A stretch of DNA of 64,000 nucleotides from Patescibacteria group bacterium (GTDB lineage Bacteria; Patescibacteriota; Minisyncoccia; Phycocordibacterales; Phycocordibacteraceae). The position numbers were made by a program, and so were the translations under genes. The notes beneath the pieces are model-generated. The model was given only the letters and a program-made list of their open reading frames with translations. It was not told the origin of the DNA and searched no databases. The DNA is taken from contig JAUPKX010000007.1 in the NCBI GenBank assembly GCA_030837225.1, positions 158,657 through 222,656 of the forward strand. Direction: 5' to 3'. Of this stretch, positions 9,808 to 18,053 are shown in pieces (the stretch's first letter is position 1; the number at the start of each line of letters is the position of its first letter).

Positions 9808-10116
9808 TTGAACATACGTATGGACCAGACACCAGAATCCCCTGTCGTTAACGTATTAGAGCCACAGAAGACCTCGTGGGTCGCACTCGGCGGCCTTGTT
9901 GTTGTGCTTCTTGCGGTTGCTGGCGGCGCCTACTACCTCTCAAGCACTATGCCTTCTACAGAGAGCATTGAAGCCCAGGTAGAAGCCCTCGAGACTCAGA
10001 GCGAGTCAACAAACCCTGAAGCAATCGAGGCAGATATCGCAGCACAAAGCCCCGAAGCGTTTGAGGAAGACTTCGATGCCGCATTCGCGGAACTCGACGC
10101 GTCTCTCGCAGAGTAG
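9808..10116 (+). CDS. small acidic single-pass membrane protein
   Basis: TM helix WVALGGLVVVLLAVAGGAYYL, acidic C-terminus; start immediately after previous stop. Confidence 0.4.
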   Translation: MNIRMDQTPESPVVNVLEPQKTSWVALGGLVVVLLAVAGGAYYLSSTMPSTESIEAQVEALETQSESTNPEAIEADIAAQSPEAFEEDFDAAFAELDASLAE

Positions 10117-10194
10117 AACCAAGAAGTAGAGAAAGCGCCTCGTATTCCGGGGCGCTTTCTCTTATGTCACGAGCTTTGGTACTATGACTCTACT

Positions 10195-10803
10195 ATGGAA
10201 CACCGAACTACAAACCCCCGTGCGATGCTTGTGCCGATGGTCGTGGAGAAGACGCAGTTCGGTGAGCGTGGCTACGACATCTACTCGCGTCTCCTCAAGG
10301 ACCGCATTGTGTTTCTTGGTGGCGGCATCGACGACGACATGGCCAACCTCATCATCGCCCAGCTTCTTTTCCTCGAGTCTGAGGACCCGAAGAAGGACAT
10401 CTCGCTTTATGTGAACTCTCCTGGTGGCTCGGTGACCGCAGGTCTCGCAATCCTCGACACCATGAACCACGTGAAGCCTGACGTCTCCACCGTCTGTGTT
10501 GGTATGGCTGCTTCCGCTGCTGCAGTTATTCTCGCTGCCGGTGCCAAGGGCAAGCGCTATGCCCTTCCGAACGCTGAGGTTATGATCCACCAGCCATGGG
10601 GCGGTGCACAGGGCCAAGCGACCGACATTGAGATTACCGCGAAGCACATCCTGCTTACGCGCGACCGACTCAACAAGATTCTTGCGAAGTCGACCGGGCA
10701 GCCACTCGCGAAGATTGAGAAGGATGTTGATCGCGATTACTTCATGATGGCAGAGGACGCGAAGAAGTACGGACTCGTAGACCAGGTCTACAAGAGCAAG
10801 TAG
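10195..10803 (+). CDS. clpP: ATP-dependent Clp protease proteolytic subunit
   Basis: ClpP signature incl. Ser ([11 protein letters not shown]) and His (MIHQPWGG) active-site motifs; extended -10 TGgTACTAT about 10 nt upstream of ATG. Confidence 0.95.
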   Translation: MEHRTTNPRAMLVPMVVEKTQFGERGYDIYSRLLKDRIVFLGGGIDDDMANLIIAQLLFLESEDPKKDISLYVNSPGGSVTAGLAILDTMNHVKPDVSTVCVGMAASAAAVILAAGAKGKRYALPNAEVMIHQPWGGAQGQATDIEITAKHILLTRDRLNKILAKSTGQPLAKIEKDVDRDYFMMAEDAKKYGLVDQVYKSK

Positions 10804-10891
10804 TTGCCCACTTTCGCTATCAGTGGTTAAGTGAGTACGGCTTGTTCGCTGTGAGCAGCTTTTCAGTGTCCGGACGGACTCAAAGGGATGG

Positions 10892-11311
10892 ATGTCCCAG
10901 AAAGAGGATGAAGTGACTACGATTATTGAGCGTTTCCATGTGAATCGCAAACTATTCGATGATTTGCCCTGGCTATGGGCTATAACACCCTCCTGCGATT
11001 TTGGACTAAAAATTGCAGTGCGTGCCTTCAACCCTGCCGATCTTACTCGTCCTGCGGACGAAAGATTCACTTGGTGGATTAAGACTAGAATGCAGAATCT
11101 TAGGGAGTGTGTGCTCGCGGTCGAACACGATCCGAGCCGAAACTTGGCCGCTGACATTGAGTACACTGTGGCCCTGATCGCCGGACTAGAAATTCAGTTC
11201 CTCGTTCTTGATGACCGGACCGACTTCACGAGGAAGCTCATCGTCTATCGTCCTCCTATTTCGGAACCGTCGCTGGCTGATCTATGTGTGAACATGGCTC
11301 AATCGTCATAA
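10892..11311 (+). CDS. hypothetical protein (139 aa), lower-GC orphan
   Basis: Good RBS AAAGGGATGGATG; no recognisable family; composition AT-richer than neighbours. Confidence 0.45.
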   Translation: MSQKEDEVTTIIERFHVNRKLFDDLPWLWAITPSCDFGLKIAVRAFNPADLTRPADERFTWWIKTRMQNLRECVLAVEHDPSRNLAADIEYTVALIAGLEIQFLVLDDRTDFTRKLIVYRPPISEPSLADLCVNMAQSS

Positions 11312-11494
11312 GGGGCACTCCTCCGGCCCGGCCAGAAATGGTCGGGTCGTTCGATTTGCGAAACTCGCAAAAAGTGTTATTTTATAAGGGTTCTGGGGAA
11401 TTCTTATACGCAGAAACGGCTGAAATGCTGCATTCCCGAACCTAATTTGCTTGCAAACCCCTTTGCGTACGCGTGAAGGGATCCATCCACCGGT

Positions 11495-13024
11495 ATGTCC
11501 ATAAAGATAGTCTTGAGTCTTCTCGCCCTTTCAGGTCTCGCCGGTATCGTGCTCGGGTACGTGCTTCGTCTCTTAATTGCGCTCGGCCAGCGTGGCTCGT
11601 TGGAGCTTGAAGTGAAGCAGAAGATGCTCGAAGCCAAAGAGCGCGCAAGCCGCGTGCTTGAGGATGCCGAAGATCGCGCCAAGAAGCTCGAGGGTGAGCG
11701 CATGCATCCCCTTAAGGAACGTGAGGAGAAGCTCGCGAAAGCTGCGGACCGTATAAACAAGCGTGAGGAGTTCCTCGACGAGCGTGAACGCGCACTCGCA
11801 ACTGAAGCAGATGATGTAAAGAACCGTGAGAACGAAGTCGCAAACCTAAAGCGTGACGCTGAGAAGCTCCGTGACGAACGACGCCAGGAACTTGCTCGTA
11901 TCTCACATCTGTCAGAGAAGGATGCAAAAGCCATGCTTCTCAAAGACCTCGAAGATAGCCATGAGGAAAGCGTGCTCGCACGACTTCAGAAGCTCGAGGC
12001 ACACGGTCGAGAGCAGCTAGAAGCAAAGGGACGCGCCATTCTCCTCTCAGTTATTCATCGCATGGGCGCAGCCGTTAACAGCGAGGTTATGACGCTGTCC
12101 GTACAGATTCCTTCAGAGGAAGTGAAGGGCAAGATTATCGGGAAGGAAGGTCGCAACATTAAGGCCTTTGAGCGAGCTACTGGTGTTGATGTCATCATCG
12201 ACGACGCACCAGACAAGATAACGCTCTCATCGTTCGATCCACTGCGTCGCCACACTGCAAAGCTCGCACTCGAGAACCTCATTGCAGACGGTCGTATCCA
12301 GCCTGCGAAGATCGAAGAGGCTGTTGAGAAGGCAAAGGCAGAGATCGCAGAGATGGTTAAGCAAAAAGGCGAAGAAGCAGCATACGAGGTTGGTGTTATC
12401 GGCCTTGATCCGCGCCTCATTGCCCTTCTTGGGCGCCTTAACTTCCGCACAAGCTACGGCCAGAACGTACTTCAGCACTCTATTGAGATGGCGCACATCG
12501 CTGGCATGCTCGCTGCAGAGCTCGGTGCGAACGTAGAGGTCGCAAAAGCTGGAGCGCTTCTTCACGACATCGGAAAGGCCGTTGATCACGAACTCGAAGG
12601 CACCCACGTCGAGATCGGACGCCGTATTCTCGAGAAGTTTGGCGTTGATATAGCGGTTATTCAGGCGATGCAGTCTCATCATGAGGAGTATCCGTACGAG
12701 ACAACAGAGTCCATGATTGTGCAGGTGGCAGACGCAATCTCTGCAGGGCGCCCTGGAGCGCGTCGTGATACCGTAGAGCGATATCTTGAGCGTTTAGGCG
12801 ACTTGGAGCGGATTGCGCGAGGGTATGAGGGCGTCGAAAAGGTATACGCTATCTCTGCCGGACGTGAAATACGCATCTTCGTAAACCCAGGAAAGGTTAC
12901 GGACCTCGCGATGCACCGCATGGCGCGCGATATTGCTGAGCGCGTGCAGAAGGAGCTGAAATATCCGGGAGAAATCAAGGTGAATGTGATTCGAGAGAAC
13001 CGCGTCGTCGAGTTTGCACGGTAA
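11495..13024 (+). CDS. rny: ribonuclease Y
   Basis: N-terminal TM helix, coiled coil, KH domain (IIGKEGRNIKAFE), HD domain (LLHDIGKA). Confidence 0.9.
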   Translation: MSIKIVLSLLALSGLAGIVLGYVLRLLIALGQRGSLELEVKQKMLEAKERASRVLEDAEDRAKKLEGERMHPLKEREEKLAKAADRINKREEFLDERERALATEADDVKNRENEVANLKRDAEKLRDERRQELARISHLSEKDAKAMLLKDLEDSHEESVLARLQKLEAHGREQLEAKGRAILLSVIHRMGAAVNSEVMTLSVQIPSEEVKGKIIGKEGRNIKAFERATGVDVIIDDAPDKITLSSFDPLRRHTAKLALENLIADGRIQPAKIEEAVEKAKAEIAEMVKQKGEEAAYEVGVIGLDPRLIALLGRLNFRTSYGQNVLQHSIEMAHIAGMLAAELGANVEVAKAGALLHDIGKAVDHELEGTHVEIGRRILEKFGVDIAVIQAMQSHHEEYPYETTESMIVQVADAISAGRPGARRDTVERYLERLGDLERIARGYEGVEKVYAISAGREIRIFVNPGKVTDLAMHRMARDIAERVQKELKYPGEIKVNVIRENRVVEFAR

Positions 13025-13191
13025 ATCTCACACAGAAATCCCGTCATTTCTTCGGAGGTGACGGGATTTCACCTTATCCCCTTATAAAATCAAGCCCTAT
13101 TGCGTTAAATGGCTCATTTCCTATACTTCTCAGGTAGCCCTCCCGTAGGGCTTTACCAAAGCCCTACCAGGGAATAACCCTAATTACGATC

Positions 13192-13464
13192 ATGAACAAA
13201 GCAGACATCGCAGCAAAGGTGCAGGACGTACTCGGCGGCACAAAGGCTGACGCAGAGCGCGCAGTTGAGTGTGTCATCGGTTGCATCACTGACGGCCTCA
13301 AGGGAGGCGACGAAGTATCAATCGCTGGCCTCGGCATCTTCAGCGCGAAGGCTCGCCCAGCACGCACCGGACGCAATCCACGCACTGGCGAGACTATCAA
13401 GATCGCAGCTACTCGTACTCCGAAGTTCCGTGCAGCTAAGGCACTCAAGGACGCGGTTAAGTAG
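13192..13464 (+). CDS. hup: DNA-binding protein HU
   Basis: 90 aa; MNKADIAAKV...GFGxF...RNPRTGE...PKF motifs of HU/IHF family. Confidence 0.9.
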   Translation: MNKADIAAKVQDVLGGTKADAERAVECVIGCITDGLKGGDEVSIAGLGIFSAKARPARTGRNPRTGETIKIAATRTPKFRAAKALKDAVK

Positions 13465-13483
13465 TTAGACTGTTTGTTATAGA

Positions 13484-13509
13484 AAGGCCCCGCTTCTGCG
13501 GGGTTTTTC
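13484..13509 (+). terminator. intrinsic terminator after hup
   Basis: GGCCCCGC-ttct-GCGGGG followed by TTTTTCT. Confidence 0.6.
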
Positions 13510-13565
13510 TATAACTCTGTACTCAGGTACTTTGCGCTTCCCTACTTGAAAAACAAACGAATGTT

Positions 13566-13898
13566 TTAATGTACCGTCTCTGGTGGATGTGCACGCACTA
13601 ATTCCAAAAATGCTGAGACCTTAGACTGGTCAAGCTGCATGTCTTCTGGGGTGCGCGCCGGGTCTTCGATGTATGCACGGAAACGACTTGCAAGAGAGTC
13701 TCCAGGTGCCTTCTCTTTGACCCAGGAATCTAGTGGGGACTGCGCATTAGGAAACGCAGCGGTAGCAAGGAGTATCTGGGCTTTCATAATGCTCTTGAAG
13801 TCAGTAAGCGGTAGTATGCCCTGTCCCGATTCTATTACCCTTTCATACGAATGCGTGGGTTCAGGTGATCGGAACTGTCCTTCAGGTGAGAAATCCAT
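13566..13898 (-). CDS. hypothetical protein (about 110 aa from MDFSPEGQF)
   Basis: TATACT box 7 nt upstream of ATG at 13898 (leaderless-type); longer track start lies inside neighbouring terminator. Confidence 0.35.
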   Translation of the reverse strand: MDFSPEGQFRSPEPTHSYERVIESGQGILPLTDFKSIMKAQILLATAAFPNAQSPLDSWVKEKAPGDSLASRFRAYIEDPARTPEDMQLDQSKVSAFLELVRAHPPETVH

Positions 13899-13999
13899 AA
13901 GAAAAGTATACCGCTTCTCTATACCTCCTAATGCTGCTCTGTACCCGTAACGCAAAAGCAGGCTCCAGAGAGCCTGCTTTTGTTTCCTTTCTTGCAGTA

Positions 14000-15220
14000 C
14001 TAGAGAGCGTCTATTGCCTCGTCTGCGAGGTCCTGTGCCTCTTCAGCGAAGTCTATAGCGTCTTCATAGTCTTCGTCATCAAGGGCGTCTTCTGCGTCAT
14101 TGAGTGCGTCCTCAGCTTCGTCCAGAAGATCTTCTGCCTCGTTTATTCTTGAGCTTGAGCTATTTGAGTCATCAATCTCATCCTGCGCGTCGTTGATCGC
14201 TTCCTGCGCATCATCGATAGCGTCTTCTGCATCAGATTCGTCGTCATCACTGTTGCTGCTTGAACCTATTTCGTCGAGTGCTTCGTCAATAAGATCTTCA
14301 GCTTCGTCTGCTAGATCCATGGCTTCCTCGTAGTCCTCATCATCGAGAGCGTCCTCTGCCTCGCTTATGAGGTCCTCTGCTTCGTCGAGGAGGTCTTCAG
14401 CATCGTCAGTGTCTTCGCCATCATCATTTGCAGCATCGACCTCGTCCCTTGCGTCGTCGAGCGCATCATTTGCCTCGTCGATAGCGTCTTCAGCGTCTCC
14501 TTCGTCGGCATCGTTGTTGTCATCGTTGTCATCATCATTTCCACTGCCGTCGATCTCATCGAGAGCATCATCTATAAGATCAAGGGCCTCGTCCGCGAGC
14601 TCGTTTGCATCGCTATAATCCTCGTCAACGAATGCGTAGAGCGCAAGCGTGACCTTCTTATCTGCGTTAACGAGGAGTGCCTTTGAGTCTCCAACCTCAT
14701 CGCCTTCGTCTTTGGCGTTTTCATAATCATCCATCGCGTCCTCATGTGCGTCACGCGCATCAAGAATTGCGCTCCGTGCCTCAGTCTGCGCGGTGGAGGT
14801 TGGCTTTGGTGTCGGAATAACAGGCGTAGTTAGTTGTGGAGCGGGTACCGTTGGCTTCGGGACCGCTGGCGACGTGAGTACGATGTACTTCGCGCGCGAG
14901 ACCGGACCGAAGGTTCCTGTTGCAGGACTAATCCCGTTTGCAGTCTGCCACTTCTGGACTGCCGCTACGGTCTTCGTCTGGTACTGGTTTGTCTCATATC
15001 CCTTTGAGCCGACACCTGATGTCGAAATCGTAAAACCATTTGCGTTCAGGTACTGCTGGAGGCAACGTACCGCCTCGCTCTCGACACCGAGTTCAAGATT
15101 GCTTGTAAAGGTACAGGTCGCAGCGCGCGCTTGTGCTGGAATCATGAGCGTACTTGCAACGAGCATCATGCCGAGCACGATAAATGCTGCAGCGCTCTTT
15201 TGGATAGTGGTGATATTCAT
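14000..15220 (-). CDS. secreted peptidoglycan-binding (PG_binding_1-like) protein with very acidic Asp/Glu repeat tail
   Basis: Signal peptide; domain LGVESEAVRCLQQYLNANGF...VAAVQKWQTANGISPATGTFGP; Pro-rich linker; about 200 aa of D/E repeats (EAEDALDDEDYEEAMDLADEAEDLIDEALDEI occurring twice). Confidence 0.65.
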   Translation of the reverse strand: MNITTIQKSAAAFIVLGMMLVASTLMIPAQARAATCTFTSNLELGVESEAVRCLQQYLNANGFTISTSGVGSKGYETNQYQTKTVAAVQKWQTANGISPATGTFGPVSRAKYIVLTSPAVPKPTVPAPQLTTPVIPTPKPTSTAQTEARSAILDARDAHEDAMDDYENAKDEGDEVGDSKALLVNADKKVTLALYAFVDEDYSDANELADEALDLIDDALDEIDGSGNDDDNDDNNDADEGDAEDAIDEANDALDDARDEVDAANDDGEDTDDAEDLLDEAEDLISEAEDALDDEDYEEAMDLADEAEDLIDEALDEIGSSSNSDDDESDAEDAIDDAQEAINDAQDEIDDSNSSSSRINEAEDLLDEAEDALNDAEDALDDEDYEDAIDFAEEAQDLADEAIDAL

Positions 15221-15355
15221 ACGTACTAAGATCAGTGGTAAACGTGCCGCGTCGTACGCGATGTACGATCGTATGTATTAAAGATAGCATGTGGGTATCT
15301 GTGGAATGTGTGACGGAGATACAGAAAAGAGCGCCATGCGGCGCTCTTTTCTTTT

Positions 15356-15428
15356 GGTGCGGGATAGGAGAATCGGACTCCTGCTCTCAGTTTGGAAAAC
15401 TGATGTTCTACCATTAAACTAATCCCGC
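15356..15428 (-). tRNA. tRNA-Gly (anticodon TCC), CCA encoded
   Basis: GCGGGATTAGTTTAATGGTAGAACATCAGTTTTCCAAACTGAGAGCAGGAGTCCGATTCTCCTATCCCGCACCA read on minus strand; cloverleaf parsed by hand. Confidence 0.85.
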
Positions 15429-15475
15429 TTCGGCTCGAGAATACCATATTCTAGAGCCCTCTGTCTTCTTCCTAG

Positions 15476-15546
15476 TCGGGGTGCGGAGAATCGAACTCCG
15501 TCAACTACTTCCCAAAAGTAGCGTACTACCGGTATACGACACCCCG
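15476..15546 (-). tRNA. tRNA-Pro (anticodon TGG), C1:G72, no CCA encoded
   Basis: CGGGGTGTCGTATACCGGTAGTACGCTACTTTTGGGAAGTAGTTGACGGAGTTCGATTCTCCGCACCCCGA on minus strand. Confidence 0.85.
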
Positions 15547-15905
15547 AGCGAACGATAGGATGCGCAGCAGCACATCCCGACAGGAATACCTTCTCATGAA
15601 TCTCCTGTCTTCGCTATCCTAACAGATTTATATGATTTGCGGCAGAGAGCCTCAGAATCTCTTTAAGTTAGGTCTATGGGGGTCTCTTATTTTGTGGATA
15701 CATGTCGAATAGCTTCATGTCTCTCAACACAGAGGTCTTTGAGAGAGACTTATATAAAACCTAGCAAACGTAAGGGTATTTTTAGGACTATGAAGATTTC
15801 TTTAGGTTTGTCCTATGTCCTTTATCCCCAGTATCAACAGACTTATCCCCCTTTGTCCCAAAAGCAAAAGACAGCCGATTGGGCTGTCTTTTGCTTTCTC
15901 ACGCT

Positions 15906-15979
15906 TGGTGCGGATAGGGAGAATCGAACTCCCGCTATATCATTGGCAACGATATGTTCTACCACTAAACTATATCCGC
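15906..15979 (-). tRNA. tRNA-Gly (anticodon GCC), CCA encoded
   Basis: GCGGATATAGTTTAGTGGTAGAACATATCGTTGCCAATGATATAGCGGGAGTTCGATTCTCCCTATCCGCACCA on minus strand; hairpin terminator (AAAGACAGCC-gatt-GGCTGTCTTT) downstream at about 15870-15900. Confidence 0.85.
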
Positions 15980-16666
15980 GCTGGGTTTTATACTCTCATA
16001 ATACGCGCTATTCATCAATTCCCCTGGCATCAGGGATATCCACGCTAGAACCTTAGCCTTGAAATAGGCACTTGATACAGTAATCAAACAGACACCGTGC
16101 GAGAGACGTCGTGTCTTGTGGCGACCATTGATTGTTGTTGTTTTGGTGAAATTCTCCTCAGGCAGACCAGTGGCGGCCACCCAGTATCTCCGACACTGAT
16201 CATCATTTAAGTCAGGATAGATGAGTATTTGTGCCCTTACCCTTTCCATAGGTATTCGGCAAACATGTAAGACAAAGAACACATAAAGCCTAATCATTTC
16301 AGAGTCTGTGTTCGTAAGCCTTACGACAGATTTGCCAAGCTTCGTGCCTTCGCCCCAATACAGCATTATGCCTGCTATGAATAGCGGGTTGTATTTTAGG
16401 ACCTCGAATTCTTCAGTAGCTACCTTTCTCGCTTCATCGTACGCAAGCTCAAGATTCTTTCCACGCGTTTTGTTCAAAGTCCTAATTCTTAGAGTGTGTT
16501 GGACTCGAGCCGCTTCGGAAAGTTTGTCTCGTATTTTTTCAGACCAATCCTCTTTCCCGAACCATCCAGACAGGGTACTTCGCGGTACTTCAAGAATCTC
16601 GATAATTTCTTTATAACTCTTACCCGAAAGCCTTAGGTGCCTCGCGGCTTCTTTATCAGTACGCAT
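15965..16666 (-). CDS. HTH + LAGLIDADG-like homing-endonuclease-family protein, tRNA-adjacent
   Basis: N-terminal HTH (GKSYKEIIEILEVPRSTLSGWF), motif LFIAGIMLYWGEGTK resembling LAGLIDADG block; segment VVRLTNTDSEMIRLY alignable to the paralog at 63465; last 15 nt overlap tRNA-Gly 5' end; lower GC. Confidence 0.5.
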   Translation of the reverse strand: MRTDKEAARHLRLSGKSYKEIIEILEVPRSTLSGWFGKEDWSEKIRDKLSEAARVQHTLRIRTLNKTRGKNLELAYDEARKVATEEFEVLKYNPLFIAGIMLYWGEGTKLGKSVVRLTNTDSEMIRLYVFFVLHVCRIPMERVRAQILIYPDLNDDQCRRYWVAATGLPEENFTKTTTINGRHKTRRLSHGVCLITVSSAYFKAKVLAWISLMPGELMNSAYYESIKPSADIV

Positions 16667-16734
16667 TCTATAATGATACTCCTCGGAAGTTCGACTTTCG
16701 AAAAACTTAGCGAAAGTTGTGTAACTTGTGGGGA

Positions 16735-17916
16735 TTACAGAGCGTACTCCGACGGAACGAACGAGATGTCCTTCAGTCTGCCAGCTCCCGAAACGAGAAC
16801 CTCACGCGGGAGCGCGTGCATATTGAAGTTACTTGCCATAGAGAATCCATAGGCACCGGCGTTCCGTATAACAAGAACATCATCCAGTTCTGGACGGATC
16901 ATCATACGATCGACAGCAAAGAGGTCTCCTGATTCACACACGTTGCCTGCGATCGTTATGGGAGTCTTGGGACCACGAGTGCGAGAGAGGTTCTCGATAG
17001 GATGATATGAGCCGTACATGGCATGTCGTATCAACTGATTGAACCCGGAGTTAACACCAACGAACTGATGTTTGTTTGTTTTCTTTTGATCTACTACTGA
17101 CACGAGCAAAGAACCGCTCTCAGCCACAATGAATCTGCCGGGCTCCATAGCAAACGACACATCACGTCCCATAGATTCCTTGAAGGCGCTGGTGAGAATC
17201 TTGAACTCCTTCCCTACCCTCTTCAAATCAAGCTGACTTTCCTCCGGCGCGTACGATATGCCGAGCCCTCCGCCGAAATCAATGTGTGTAAGGTTCGGAA
17301 ATCTCTTAGCCGTTTGTAAGAGCACACGCACTGACTTGAGGAACACTGTCGCATCAAGGACATTCGATCCAATGTGCTGCTGTATCCCCACAACCCTAAG
17401 GCCGTAGGTGTCTGTAATCCGCAGTGCCTCCGGAATATCCTCAAGTGTTATGCCAAATTTGCTATGCGGACCGCCTGTTATTACGTGCGCATGGTGCCCC
17501 GCACCAATACCCTGATTAAGACGCAGGGATACTTCCCTGCCGAGCGCTTTCCTACCCCACGTCTCAATCTGCGTAAGTGAATCAAGATGTATGCGGGCGC
17601 CTGAAGACGCTGCACTCGCTAGTTCTCTTTCCGTTAAACTCGCACACGTAAAGCTCGTATCTTTCGCTTTGAACCCCGCATGCTTTGCGAGCGCGAGTTC
17701 TCCAAGACTTACGGCCTCTGCTCCTATTCCTTGCTTGCGGATAATCCTCAGAATCTCAGGATTGCTGTTCGCCTTCATGGCGTAATGGATCGCGACGTTC
17801 GGGAAGTGTCGCCAGAGCTTCTGACACTGTGCCTCTATAACCTGCTGCTCATAGACATAGACTGGAGTCCCGTATGTCTGCGCCGCCTTATGTAGTACCT
17901 CTCTTCCCTTTTTCAT
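16735..17916 (-). CDS. lysA: diaminopimelate decarboxylase family (PLP-dependent fold-III decarboxylase)
   Basis: YAMKANSNPEILRII PLP-lysine motif, GxGLG and C-terminal beta-barrel motifs; start MKKGREV at 17916 (track extension to 17979 would overlap tRNA-Arg). Confidence 0.8.
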   Translation of the reverse strand: MKKGREVLHKAAQTYGTPVYVYEQQVIEAQCQKLWRHFPNVAIHYAMKANSNPEILRIIRKQGIGAEAVSLGELALAKHAGFKAKDTSFTCASLTERELASAASSGARIHLDSLTQIETWGRKALGREVSLRLNQGIGAGHHAHVITGGPHSKFGITLEDIPEALRITDTYGLRVVGIQQHIGSNVLDATVFLKSVRVLLQTAKRFPNLTHIDFGGGLGISYAPEESQLDLKRVGKEFKILTSAFKESMGRDVSFAMEPGRFIVAESGSLLVSVVDQKKTNKHQFVGVNSGFNQLIRHAMYGSYHPIENLSRTRGPKTPITIAGNVCESGDLFAVDRMMIRPELDDVLVIRNAGAYGFSMASNFNMHALPREVLVSGAGRLKDISFVPSEYAL

Positions 17917-17920
17917 GATG

Positions 17921-17993
17921 TGCGCCCGGAGGGAATCGAACCCCCGACCCTCTGTTCCGAAGACAGATGCTCTATCCACTGAGCTACGGGCGC
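17921..17993 (-). tRNA. tRNA-Arg (anticodon TCG), no CCA encoded
   Basis: GCGCCCGTAGCTCAGTGGATAGAGCATCTGTCTTCGGAACAGAGGGTCGGGGGTTCGATTCCCTCCGGGCGCA on minus strand. Confidence 0.8.
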
Positions 17994-18053
17994 GCTTAAG
18001 TGATACTACCTGGAAGCTAGGAGAATGACCATCAGCGTACTAGTATTTTCCTT

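Noticed and set aside
10162-11166. 334-aa minus-strand ORF antisense to clpP and to the 10892 gene
   Set aside because: Antisense to clpP (near-certain gene). Cys/His/Arg-rich nonsense-like translation.
14100-14618. Ser-rich plus-strand ORFs (14100-14333, 14367-14618) and a Met/Thr-rich minus ORF inside the acidic-repeat gene
   Set aside because: Low-complexity translations are the mirror image of the GA-rich Asp/Glu repeat DNA. The acidic secreted protein frame has a signal peptide and a domain.
15676-16056. 126-aa plus-strand ORF spanning the tRNA intergenic region and tRNA-Gly(GCC)
   Set aside because: Overlaps a tRNA on the opposite strand and an AT-rich non-coding stretch. No RBS or motifs.
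17917-17979. N-terminal extension of lysA (MDRASVFGTEGRGFDSLRAH) in the ORF track
   Set aside because: The extension is the reverse complement of tRNA-Arg. True start taken as MKKGREV at 17916.
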